Below are positions 45,550 to 55,007 of a stretch of 64,000 bases of DNA, in pieces. Origin of the DNA: Candidatus Aenigmatarchaeota archaeon. Lineage in GTDB: Archaea; Aenigmatarchaeota; Aenigmatarchaeia; CG10238-14; SpSt-28. The position numbers and the translations under genes were made by a program. The first letter of the stretch is position 1. Each line of letters starts with the position of its first letter. Location of the stretch: positions 101,926 through 165,925 of the forward strand of contig JAHLMO010000001.1 in assembly GCA_018920305.1 (NCBI GenBank), given 5' to 3'. The notes beneath the pieces are model-generated. The model ran no database searches and was not told where the DNA came from. It saw nothing but the letters and a program-made list of their open reading frames with translations.

Positions 45550-45586
45550 AAACTCGAATGAATATATTTCTCTTTCAATGATTTTT

Positions 45587-45619
45587 GGGGGGTTTTTGGC
45601 AATTTAGTGCCAACCCCCC
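45587..45619. other. GC hairpin GGGGGG-TTTT-TGGCA-ATTTAG-TGCCA-A-CCCCCC in a divergent intergenic region.
   Basis: Read directly. G6/C6 outer stem plus TGGCA/TGCCA inner stem, in otherwise AT-rich DNA about 40 nt upstream of the minus-strand ORF start. Confidence 0.3.
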
Positions 45620-45829
45620 GTTAAATGTCCAGTTAGATTAATAAAAAAGACTAAAGACCAAAATAATATTAGTATTAGTAATAATTGATATGGTTTTCTA
45701 ATTTTTTGCCAAATATTTAATTTATCTAATATTATCTTATTACTCATAAAATAGTTAGTTATAATATAGGAAAGCTTTTAATATTTTTCTATTTTCAATA
45801 TGATTTAAATAAAAATCAAAAATTGTTTT

Positions 45830-46777
45830 ATGATAAGAATAACTTTTCTAGGAACTTCTGCAGGAGTACCAACTTTTAATAGAATGCACCCTTCTATAGC
45901 TATAGAATATTTTGGAAAGGATTATAAACTATTCTTATTTGATTGTGGCGAGGGAACTCAATTGCAACTAATGAAAGCTGGAATTAATTTTATGAAAATT
46001 AATTCAATATTTATAACACATTGGCATGCTGATCATTTTGCAGGATTAATTCCTTTAATTCAAACGATGAATATAGAAGGAAGAACTAAAGAGTTAAAAA
46101 TTTTTGGACCAGAAGCTAGTAGATATGTAAAAAACATACTTAGTTTATATGAATATAAACCATTTTTTGAAATAGTACCAATAGATGTTAAATTATCAAA
46201 AGATCCAATAAAAATTTTTGAAGATGAAGAAATTGAATTTTATTCTATAGAAGTTACACATAGTATTAAAAGTGTTGCATACGCTTTTAAAGAAAAAGAT
46301 AGATATAGCATAGATGAAAATAAACTAGAAAAACTTAATTTAAAAAAGGGAAGATGGTTAGAAATTATAAAAAAACAAGGAATTTACAAGATTAATAATA
46401 GAGAGATAAGGATTGAGGAAATTGCAAATTTGAAAAGAGGCATAAAAGTAACTTATAGTGGAGATACAGTTTTTGATGAAAATTTAGTAAAATTGGCTAA
46501 AGAATCTAAAATATTAATTCATGAAGCGACTTATGCTGAAAAAGATAAAGATGTTGAAAAGCTTCATTCATCTTGTAGTGATGCTGCAAAAATTGCAAAA
46601 TTAGCTAATGTAGAATTATTAATTTTAACTCATCTAAGTAGAAGATATCAAAGCGAAGAGGACATTCAAAATATTTTAGTTGAAGCAAAAAAAATATTTT
46701 CAAATACAATAGTTGCTGAAGATTTTTTAACTATAGAAATTTTGAAAAATGAAATAAAAATATATAAGAGGATATGA
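45830..46777 (+). CDS. rnz: Ribonuclease Z (tRNA 3' endonuclease, metallo-beta-lactamase fold).
   Basis: HxHxDH motif (ITHWHADHFAGL). N-terminal ITFLGTSAGVP. Short-form RNase Z of about 315 aa. Confidence 0.8.
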   Translation: MIRITFLGTSAGVPTFNRMHPSIAIEYFGKDYKLFLFDCGEGTQLQLMKAGINFMKINSIFITHWHADHFAGLIPLIQTMNIEGRTKELKIFGPEASRYVKNILSLYEYKPFFEIVPIDVKLSKDPIKIFEDEEIEFYSIEVTHSIKSVAYAFKEKDRYSIDENKLEKLNLKKGRWLEIIKKQGIYKINNREIRIEEIANLKRGIKVTYSGDTVFDENLVKLAKESKILIHEATYAEKDKDVEKLHSSCSDAAKIAKLANVELLILTHLSRRYQSEEDIQNILVEAKKIFSNTIVAEDFLTIEILKNEIKIYKRI

Positions 46778-48654
46778 AAAAAGAAATTTCTATAACTTTT
46801 ATAGAAATAGAAAAGTGGTTAAGAGAAAATAAGGAAATTTTAATAAATTCTATTATTAAAAAAATAAAACAAAAGGAAAATATTTTCTATTTTAAATTAT
46901 TTAGGGGAAAAAATTTTCATCTAATTATTTATTTACCATATTTTTTATTTTTCTCAAATTCTTCCACTAGAATAGAAAAACCATCGAGTTTTCAAATGAT
47001 TTTAAGAAAATATATAGAAAATCAAAAAATAGTTAATGTTATTCAAAAAGAGTTTGACAAAATTGTTATATTCGAATTATCGAATTCAATAAAACTCATT
47101 ATCGAATTTTTCTCCGATGGAAATATAATAATTTTAGACAGCGAAGGAAAAATTATAGATGCACTAATAAAAAGGGAATGGAAAGATAGAAAAATAGATA
47201 AAAATTTAGAATATAAGTTTCCACCAATAAAGAATTTATTAAAAAAATCTTTTCATGAAATATTCGAAATTTTAAAAAAAGAAGAAAAAAACATAATAAA
47301 CTTTTTGATGGAATATTTTGGTTTAAATTATTACTATTCTCAAGAAATATTGAAAAAATTAAATATAGATAAAAACAAAAAATGTAGTGAAATATCCCAA
47401 AAAGAAATAGATTTAATTCTTAAAGAGATTGAGGAAATTAGAAATTCCAAAATTTTCTTTTTGAAAGAAAATGATATTATTTGGATTGGTAGTTTAGAGG
47501 TAGAGAATTCTATAAAATTTGAAAAGATTAACGAAGCTTTTATATATTCCTATAATAAAATTGAAAAGAAAAGAATCGAGAAAAAAATTAAAGAAGAAAA
47601 AGAAAAGTTAGAAAAAATCTTAGAAAAAATAGAGGAAAAGAAAAAAGAGATAAATTTAGAAATAAATGAAATTTCATTAGTTATTGATACTATCCAAAAA
47701 AATTATATTAAAATTAATGAAATCTGTGAAAAGATATTAAGTTTAAGAAAGATGAATATTGATTGGAATGATATTAAGAATATAGTTAAAAAGCAATATA
47801 ATGAAATTCTAGATATTAACGAGCATAAAGGCATTCTAATTTTAAATATAGAAGGAAAGAAAATTGAAGTAGATTTCAAAAACTTAAGAGGATATATAAA
47901 CGAATTGTTTGAAAGAAGAAAAAAATTAAAAGAAAAATTAGAAAGAATTAAGCAAAAATCTTTAGAAGAAATTAAAATAGATACAAAAAATCAAATACAA
48001 GAAGAAAGAGAGGAGATAAAAGAACAAAGACAATGGTATGAAAAATTTAGATGGTTTATAAGTTCAGATGGTTTTTTAGTTGTTAGTGGAAAAGATGCTG
48101 AAACAAATGAAGAATTAATAAGAAAATATACTAGAAAATATGATTTAGTATTACATGCAGATATTCATGGATCACCATTTACTGTAATTAGAAACGATAA
48201 AAAAGGTGTAATTCCTGCACAAACTATCTATGAAGCAGCTCAATTTACAGCTTGTTATTCGCAAGCATGGGATTTAGGCTTAGGAACAATACATGTATAT
48301 TATGTTAATCCAGATCAGTTAGTAAAAGCAAATTTACCTAAGGGAAGTTTTTTGATTAAGGGCGAAAGAAATTGGCTAGAAAAAGTTAAATTAAGATTAT
48401 CAATTGGAATTTTGGAAGAAAAAGGAAGTATAAAAGTTTTTTCTTCTCCACCTGTTGCTGCTAGAAAGAAAACTCAATATATAATAACTTTAGTTCCTGG
48501 CGATAGAAGTGCAGATGAATTAGTTAAGGAAATAAGAAAACATTTTGAAAGTATTCTACCTTTTGAATTAAGAAGTTTATTTGAAAAAATTAGTGATGAA
48601 GAAATAAAAAAATTAATCCCTTTTGGCAAGGGTGAATTAGTTAAAGTTTTATAA
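46774..48654 (+). CDS. NFACT-family protein (Rqc2/FbpA/Tae2 homolog: NFACT-N, coiled coil, NFACT-R/DUF814).
   Basis: Central long coiled coil (KKIKEEKEKLEKILEKIEEKKKEINLEINE...). DUF814/NFACT-R block WFISSDGFLVVSGKDAETNEELIRKYTRKYDLVLHADIHGSPFTVI. 4-nt overlap with rnz. Confidence 0.7.
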   Translation: MKKEISITFIEIEKWLRENKEILINSIIKKIKQKENIFYFKLFRGKNFHLIIYLPYFLFFSNSSTRIEKPSSFQMILRKYIENQKIVNVIQKEFDKIVIFELSNSIKLIIEFFSDGNIIILDSEGKIIDALIKREWKDRKIDKNLEYKFPPIKNLLKKSFHEIFEILKKEEKNIINFLMEYFGLNYYYSQEILKKLNIDKNKKCSEISQKEIDLILKEIEEIRNSKIFFLKENDIIWIGSLEVENSIKFEKINEAFIYSYNKIEKKRIEKKIKEEKEKLEKILEKIEEKKKEINLEINEISLVIDTIQKNYIKINEICEKILSLRKMNIDWNDIKNIVKKQYNEILDINEHKGILILNIEGKKIEVDFKNLRGYINELFERRKKLKEKLERIKQKSLEEIKIDTKNQIQEEREEIKEQRQWYEKFRWFISSDGFLVVSGKDAETNEELIRKYTRKYDLVLHADIHGSPFTVIRNDKKGVIPAQTIYEAAQFTACYSQAWDLGLGTIHVYYVNPDQLVKANLPKGSFLIKGERNWLEKVKLRLSIGILEEKGSIKVFSSPPVAARKKTQYIITLVPGDRSADELVKEIRKHFESILPFELRSLFEKISDEEIKKLIPFGKGELVKVL

Positions 48655-49390
48655 AATTTTTAAGATTTCTCTTTAATTGCCTAATTAACTTTTCTTCTTT
48701 AATTTTATAGAAATTAGAAATTTCTTTAACAACTTCTATTACATCTATACTACTCATTTTTATATTTTTATATTCATATGGACCATCGCTTTCGGTTAAT
48801 ATATTTTTTATATCCAATACCTCTAAAGCTTTTTTATGATTTTCTTTATTCTTTATTGTTATATTGAAAGAACAAAAATATCCTAAGTTTTTAATTTCTT
48901 CTAAATAAGAAGAATAATTTACCCAATGAAAATTTACTTTTTTTATATCAAACTTTATTACTAAATCTATAACTTCTTTTAACGTTTTTAGCGAATGAAC
49001 ATTTATAGCTAAATCGTATTCTTTTGCAATTTTTAGTTGTTCTATAAAAATTTCCTTTTGTTTTTCAAAGTTTTTTCCGAAAACTTTATCTAATCCTATT
49101 TCTCCTATTCCAACAATGTTTTCAAATTTTATTATTTTATTTAGAAAATTTATATCGTTTTTAGAAATTTTTTCTGAATTCCATGGATGAAATCCAACAA
49201 ATATTGGTAAATTATAATTTTTGCTAATTTCTAAATTCTTTTTTATACTTTCTAAATCTTCGCTTACCGAAAAAATCAAAATTTTATTATTCAAAAAATA
49301 TTCAATTTCATTTAAAGAATATTCATAAGCATGACAATGAATATCGAAATATTTAAAATTAAACTTGAATTTGTGCTGTTCCGCCGGCAT
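48641..49390 (-). CDS. tatD: TatD-family metal-dependent deoxyribonuclease.
   Basis: N-terminal DIHCH motif (FDIHCHAYE). Conserved GEIGLD. NVHS (His) and HW pattern. 249 aa. Confidence 0.75.
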   Translation of the reverse strand: MPAEQHKFKFNFKYFDIHCHAYEYSLNEIEYFLNNKILIFSVSEDLESIKKNLEISKNYNLPIFVGFHPWNSEKISKNDINFLNKIIKFENIVGIGEIGLDKVFGKNFEKQKEIFIEQLKIAKEYDLAINVHSLKTLKEVIDLVIKFDIKKVNFHWVNYSSYLEEIKNLGYFCSFNITIKNKENHKKALEVLDIKNILTESDGPYEYKNIKMSSIDVIEVVKEISNFYKIKEEKLIRQLKRNLKNFIKL

Positions 49391-50639
49391 GCCAGCTTAA
49401 TCTAGGCCTAATTACTGCTGTAAATATTCTTTCTAAATTATCATCTAATATTAAAGCTGCTCCATGAATTCTTGGTAATTTATTGAAATAGTATTGAAAA
49501 TCTTCTTCCATATATGTCTGCATTACAGAATGCAATGCTTTTAAATCTTCTCTAGAAGTTAATCTAAAAGAAATTACTATGTCTGTTTGACTTAATAGGT
49601 CTTGATGTAATTTGTTTGGCATTTGTGTTATACAAATTAAATTAACTCCTGGTTCTCTTCCTTGTTTTGCTATAGTTAATATTGGCTCTAATGCAATAGT
49701 TTTTTTATCACTTGGAGCAAAATTTTGTGCTTCTTCAAAAACTAACCAAGTAATTGGGAAAAAATATTTTTGTTCTCTACCTTCTATTTTCGCTAACTCT
49801 TCTTCTTTTCTTGATAAAACTCTTTTAAAATAAGTATTTGAAGTAATCCAGGCAGCTATCATATTCATTATAGCGTTACTCTTAACTCTAGATAAATCTA
49901 TTACACTAACTTTTCCTGGAATTACTATATCTTCTATTTTGTTACCTTCCTTTTCAAAAATCCCCCAACTATCAACAGTTTTGAAAATAGATATTAAAGT
50001 TTTTTTGACGTTTTCATCTATTTCTTTATCTTCTTGAAGTTTTCTAATAATATCTTTTAAATCGTATTTTTCGACTTCTTTTTTCAATTCAGCCAAAACT
50101 TTTTCTAAAGAAATTGCTAAATTTGAAGTTCTATCCCATTCAAATGTTTTAACCCAATCTTCAATTGTAAAATCGCTAGTAGTTAATGTTAATGGCTTAT
50201 CTACAGGTATACCACTGGCTATATAATCTTGAAGCAAACCTTTTGGAACAAAAACTTCAATATAATCTTTAAATCCTTTAGGTTCGAGATCCCATTGTTT
50301 TAATAAATTTTTTTGCTGTTCATTTGGAAATTTTATACTCCAATAAATACCCATTGGATCTAAAATAACGATTGCAGATTTTTTTCTAATTTCATCTTCT
50401 ATTTGGCAAAACTCTTCAATTATTACACCACTAGAATAACTTTTTCCGCTACCCCTTTTTCCACAAATTAAAACTACATGACTTTTAGTAAAATCAAAAT
50501 AAACTTTTGTAGTTAGCTGCCAATCATATTCACCAATAACCAAATGTCTTCCTATATAACCAGCGCCTTTAGTTCCAATCTTCTTTTTTTCTTCTTCACT
50601 TCTTCCAATAATTGTTTCAACAACTTCTGAAATAACCAT
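49359..50639 (-). CDS. DUF87/HerA-FtsK-like P-loop ATPase.
   Basis: Walker A LICGKRGSGKSYSSG. Walker B (LVFEEAQNFAP). Arginine-finger region. 426 aa with only a short N-terminal segment before the ATPase core. Its stop overlaps the tatD start by 32 nt. Confidence 0.6.
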   Translation of the reverse strand: MVISEVVETIIGRSEEEKKKIGTKGAGYIGRHLVIGEYDWQLTTKVYFDFTKSHVVLICGKRGSGKSYSSGVIIEEFCQIEDEIRKKSAIVILDPMGIYWSIKFPNEQQKNLLKQWDLEPKGFKDYIEVFVPKGLLQDYIASGIPVDKPLTLTTSDFTIEDWVKTFEWDRTSNLAISLEKVLAELKKEVEKYDLKDIIRKLQEDKEIDENVKKTLISIFKTVDSWGIFEKEGNKIEDIVIPGKVSVIDLSRVKSNAIMNMIAAWITSNTYFKRVLSRKEEELAKIEGREQKYFFPITWLVFEEAQNFAPSDKKTIALEPILTIAKQGREPGVNLICITQMPNKLHQDLLSQTDIVISFRLTSREDLKALHSVMQTYMEEDFQYYFNKLPRIHGAALILDDNLERIFTAVIRPRLSWHAGGTAQIQV

Positions 50640-50671
50640 AAATATTTAATTTTTAGAGCAGAGAATTATTT

Positions 50672-51958
50672 ATGACAAACATCAAGGAAGCTTTAGAAAA
50701 AGATTTAAAAGAAGTAAGTTTAAGAGGGTGGATTTATAGGAAAAGGGAATTAAAAGATAAAATTTTTGTTGTTTTAAGAGATAAAGATGAAATAATTCAA
50801 TGTGTTTTTTCTAAAGAAAATTTTGATGAAAAAAGTTGGAAAGAATTATTGGAACTTCAAATAGAAGCATCTATAGAAGTTTTTGGATTTGTAAGAGAAG
50901 ATCCAAGAGCCCCCAATGGAAAAGAAGTTGAAGTTAAAAATTATAAAATATTCGATAAAGGATTGCCATTTCCATTACATGGAAGAGAGGAAGTAAGTAC
51001 TATAATGAAATATAGACATCTTTGGATTAGGAGTAGAAAATTTAATGCAATACTAAAAATTAAAGCAACATTAATGCAAGCGTTAAGAGAATGGCTAGAA
51101 AAAAATGAATATATAGAAGTAAACCCACCAATAATTATTCCTGTTGCAGTAGAAGAGGTTCAAACACTTTTTGAAATTAATTATTTCGATAAAAAAGCTT
51201 ATTTAACTCAAAGTTCTCAATTATATTTAGAGGCATTAATTTATTCGTTAGAAAAAGTTTATTGTTTAGCTCCAAGTTTTAGAGCAGAAAAATCGAGAAC
51301 AAGAAGACATTTGCATGAATATTGGCATTTAGAAATAGAAAGTGCATGGTATGATCTAAAAGATATAATGAGAGATGCTGAAAGTATGGTAAAATATGGA
51401 ATTGAAAAAGTTATTGAAAAAAATGAAAAAGAACTTAAATTTTTAAAAAGAGATACTAAAATTCTTGAAAATTACGTTGAAAAACCTTTTGAAAAAATAA
51501 CATATGAAAAAGCAATTGAAATATTGCAAAGTAAAGGTTTAAACATAAATTATGGAGATGATTTAGGTGCAGATGAAGAAAGAGTTTTAACACTAGAATT
51601 CGAAGTCCCTATCTTTGTTACTCATTATCCGAGAAAACTAAAAGCATTTTATATGAAAGAAAGTGGTAATGGAAAAACAGTCGAAAATTTTGATTTATTG
51701 GCTAGCGAAGGTTATGGAGAAATAATTGGTGGAAGTCAAAGAGAGGATGATTATGAAATTCTCAAAAATAAAATAATCGAATGGAATTTGCCATTGGAAA
51801 AGTACGAATGGTATTTAGATTTAAGAAGGTATGGTTCTGTTCCTCATAGTGGATTCGGATTAGGAATAGAAAGAATGTTAATGTGGGTTTGTAAATTAGA
51901 ACATATTAGAGATACTTTACCATTTCCAAGATTAAGAGAAACTGAAATATTAATTTAG
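50672..51958 (+). CDS. asnS: Asparaginyl-tRNA synthetase (class IIb).
   Basis: Near-collinear with archaeal AsnRS: SFRAEKSRTRRHL (motif 2), GYGEIIGGSQRE, LDLRRYGSVPHSGFGLGIERMLMW (motif 3). Confidence 0.8.
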   Translation: MTNIKEALEKDLKEVSLRGWIYRKRELKDKIFVVLRDKDEIIQCVFSKENFDEKSWKELLELQIEASIEVFGFVREDPRAPNGKEVEVKNYKIFDKGLPFPLHGREEVSTIMKYRHLWIRSRKFNAILKIKATLMQALREWLEKNEYIEVNPPIIIPVAVEEVQTLFEINYFDKKAYLTQSSQLYLEALIYSLEKVYCLAPSFRAEKSRTRRHLHEYWHLEIESAWYDLKDIMRDAESMVKYGIEKVIEKNEKELKFLKRDTKILENYVEKPFEKITYEKAIEILQSKGLNINYGDDLGADEERVLTLEFEVPIFVTHYPRKLKAFYMKESGNGKTVENFDLLASEGYGEIIGGSQREDDYEILKNKIIEWNLPLEKYEWYLDLRRYGSVPHSGFGLGIERMLMWVCKLEHIRDTLPFPRLRETEILI

Positions 51959-51997
51959 CTTATTTTTCTAAGAAAGAAATTAAATTAATTGATTTTA

Positions 51998-52068
51998 TGC
52001 GCCGGCCGGGATTTGAACCCGGGCTACCGGCTTGGAAGGCCGGTGTCCTACCGCTAGACGACCGGCGC
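51998..52068 (-). tRNA. tRNA-Gly (anticodon UCC).
   Basis: Reverse complement GCGCCGG...CCGGC-CTTCCAA-GCCGG...CCGGG-TTCAAAT-CCCGG-CCGGCGC-A. GGATTTGAACC on the plus strand. Confidence 0.85.
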
Positions 52069-52104
52069 ATATAAAAATAATCTAAATAATAAATTTTATC
52101 TTAT

Positions 52105-52175
52105 GGGTCCGTAGTCTAGCGGTAGGACGCCGCCCTGACGCGGCGGAGATCCCGGTTCGACTCCGGGCGGACCCA
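52105..52175 (+). tRNA. tRNA-Val (anticodon GAC).
   Basis: Acceptor GGGTCCG/CGGACCC. Anticodon stem-loop CCGCC-CTGACGC-GGCGG. T-loop GGTTCGACT. Discriminator A. Confidence 0.85.
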
Positions 52176-52187
52176 TTAATTTTAAAA

Positions 52188-54992
52188 TTAGAAAATAATA
52201 ACTATAGATGGTTTTGCTGGTAACGAATCTTTTGCCTTTATCTCATTACTTTCTTCTTCTTTTTCAATAGTGATTTTACATTTAAACACTTTTTCTAAAA
52301 ATTCTTTATATTGAGATAATATTTCAAATTCTTCTTCTACCAAATAATTCAATATTTTTGGTTTTTTAATTATCCTTTTTGCAACATCATTATCTGAATA
52401 TTTCTTAATTAATTCGTTTAGATTTTTACCGCTGTCTATTTCTTCTTTAATCTTTTTAGCTATTTCTAATTTCTCCCTATTTGCTACAATTATTTTTATT
52501 TCTTTATAATTTGTACCTTTAATCTTTAATATCTCTCTTATATCACTAATCACAAATTCTATATACTCTTCACTCTTTAAAATACCTTCATCTATTTTTT
52601 CTACTTTTGGCCAAGATATGTTTAATGGATCCTTTCCAATTTTTTCAAGAATTTCAGAAGTTATATGTGGAATTATTGGATACAATATAATATTTCTAAC
52701 TTCAATATAATAGTTTAAAACTTCTCTGTTTGGGATGTTAACACTATATAAATATTTGTTGAATTTATTTTCTAATTCGAACCAAGCTTTTTGAATTATG
52801 TTTTTAAAATTTAGATTTTCATATTCATTTTCAACCTCTTTTACAATTTTCTTAATAACGTTTTCGAACCAAAAGTCTATAATTTCTTTTTCTTCTCTTC
52901 CTTTGTTATAATTTTCTATACAAAAATTGTACCATTCTTTTAAGTAGCCTTCAATTTTTTCTGCCAAATTTAATTCTATATTTAAATCTTCTAGTCCAGA
53001 ATTTCCTGCATAAGCACTTAAAAATCTTAATATATCTGCTGAATACTTTTCAATTGCATCTAATATAGGAATAAAATTTCCTTTTGATTTACTCATTTTT
53101 TCTCCATTAATTAATAAAAATCCATTAATTCCAACTCCTTTTGGCCAATATTCTTTTGGAAATATTGCAGCATGATGAAAAATCATAAAAGACAAATGAT
53201 TGGGAATTAAATCTTTTCCACTAATTCTTAAATCCATAGGATACCAATATACAAACTCTTTTCTCATTTCTTCTAAAATTTTTTCATCGATTCCATATTT
53301 TTTAGAAATTTCTTTTGAATTTCCTCTTCCTAAAAATATAAAATCGAAAACTTCTTCATTAAGTTTTTCGGCATCTATATTTTTAATCAAATGAGCGATT
53401 GTATAATATGCCATGTAAATAGTTGAATCAGATAAACTTTCGATAATCCATTCTTTATCCCAAGGCAAAGGAGTACCTAAGCTTTCTTTATGTGTAAAGG
53501 CCCATTCTCTTAATATTTTTATAGAATTTTCAAAATTTCTTCTAGCAATTTCAGGAATTATTTTCATTTGAGATAAACATTCTAGAGCCAATTTTTTCCA
53601 TTCTTCATTAGAATAATCTAAAAACCATTGATCGCTTAATATTTTTACTATAACTTTATTTTTATATCTAGATTCAAATCTTATAGGTAACGTATAATGC
53701 TTCTCAGCAATTGTTAGAGAAATTAATTTTTCGGCAAATTCGTTTTTTATTTCATAAATTTTTCTATTCGAAAATTCTCCAAAAATTTCTTTAGTAAATG
53801 CATTATAAAATTCTTTAGAATAAATTTCTTCTGTAGCTTTTTCTAATTTTTCTTTTTCGTTTTGAGAAGAAATTTTCATTTTTTCAACAATATCTTTTGC
53901 TGGAAAGTCTGAAAATCCTTCTAATTTAAATAGAGATTTCATATTTTTTAGGCATTTTTCGGCAACTTCTTTATACTTTTTATTTTCTGATTTTGTTAAG
54001 TCTATTAATCCAATATAATCGTAAGGAGCATGTGCTGGTACACTCATTACTATTCCTGTACCAATTTCAATATCGACAAAATTAGCTGGTAATATTGGAA
54101 CTTTTTCTTTTGTTAAGGGATTTTCTGCAAAATTCAGAATAACATTTTCTATATCAACTTTTTCTAACACTTCTACATTTTTCTCTTGATTTTTAATTTC
54201 TTCAATAACTATAGAATTTGGTAATAACCAGAATTCTTCATTTACTTTTGCAATTATATATTCATAATTTGGATTTATCCAAATGTTAGTAACTCCATAA
54301 ATAGTTTCTGGCCTTAATGTAAAGCATGGCAATATTATTTCTTTATCTTTATAATAAAATTTAAACTTTATGATATATCCTTCTATATAATCAATTCCAA
54401 CAAAATCATCAGGTCTATCATGATCTCCAATAACTTTTTTAACTTTTGGGTCCCAAATTACTGGATGTTTACCTCTTTTTATAAAACCTTTTTCTCTTAA
54501 TTTAAAATATTGCCATTCGATAAATTTTGAATAATGATTATTTAAACTAGTTGTAAAAAATTCCCTTCTCCAATCTATAGAATATCCTAATTTTTTAAAA
54601 GCTTCTTTTGCTTTTGGAACAAAATATTCAATCCAATATGTTGGATCTTTAAACTTTTCAATTTCTTTTTCGTTAACGTGCATTAGTTCTATTAATTCTT
54701 TTTTAATTTTTTCTTCCCCCTCTCTTAATCTATATGCTGCAGCTATTATTGGAGAGCCTGTTGCATGAAATCCTTGTGCGAACAAAACATTATAGCCTAA
54801 TAATCTTTTAAATCTAGCGATAAATTCGACTCTAGAAGAAGTTGTTAAATGACCTAAATGCAACAATCCATTTACATATGGATATGGAAATGTTACAAAA
54901 AATTTTGGTTTATTTGAAGCATTTGTTTCAAAAACCTTATTTTCTTCCCATATTCTTTGCCATTTTTCTTCGATATTTTTTAGATTTATCAT
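52188..54992 (-). CDS. leuS: Leucyl-tRNA synthetase (archaeal type).
   Basis: HIGH region FPYPYVNGLLHLGH. KMSKS (GEKMSKSKGN). 934 aa with a CP1 editing insertion. Confidence 0.85.
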   Translation of the reverse strand: MINLKNIEEKWQRIWEENKVFETNASNKPKFFVTFPYPYVNGLLHLGHLTTSSRVEFIARFKRLLGYNVLFAQGFHATGSPIIAAAYRLREGEEKIKKELIELMHVNEKEIEKFKDPTYWIEYFVPKAKEAFKKLGYSIDWRREFFTTSLNNHYSKFIEWQYFKLREKGFIKRGKHPVIWDPKVKKVIGDHDRPDDFVGIDYIEGYIIKFKFYYKDKEIILPCFTLRPETIYGVTNIWINPNYEYIIAKVNEEFWLLPNSIVIEEIKNQEKNVEVLEKVDIENVILNFAENPLTKEKVPILPANFVDIEIGTGIVMSVPAHAPYDYIGLIDLTKSENKKYKEVAEKCLKNMKSLFKLEGFSDFPAKDIVEKMKISSQNEKEKLEKATEEIYSKEFYNAFTKEIFGEFSNRKIYEIKNEFAEKLISLTIAEKHYTLPIRFESRYKNKVIVKILSDQWFLDYSNEEWKKLALECLSQMKIIPEIARRNFENSIKILREWAFTHKESLGTPLPWDKEWIIESLSDSTIYMAYYTIAHLIKNIDAEKLNEEVFDFIFLGRGNSKEISKKYGIDEKILEEMRKEFVYWYPMDLRISGKDLIPNHLSFMIFHHAAIFPKEYWPKGVGINGFLLINGEKMSKSKGNFIPILDAIEKYSADILRFLSAYAGNSGLEDLNIELNLAEKIEGYLKEWYNFCIENYNKGREEKEIIDFWFENVIKKIVKEVENEYENLNFKNIIQKAWFELENKFNKYLYSVNIPNREVLNYYIEVRNIILYPIIPHITSEILEKIGKDPLNISWPKVEKIDEGILKSEEYIEFVISDIREILKIKGTNYKEIKIIVANREKLEIAKKIKEEIDSGKNLNELIKKYSDNDVAKRIIKKPKILNYLVEEEFEILSQYKEFLEKVFKCKITIEKEEESNEIKAKDSLPAKPSIVIIF

Positions 54993-55007
54993 AAATAATT
55001 CTATTTT

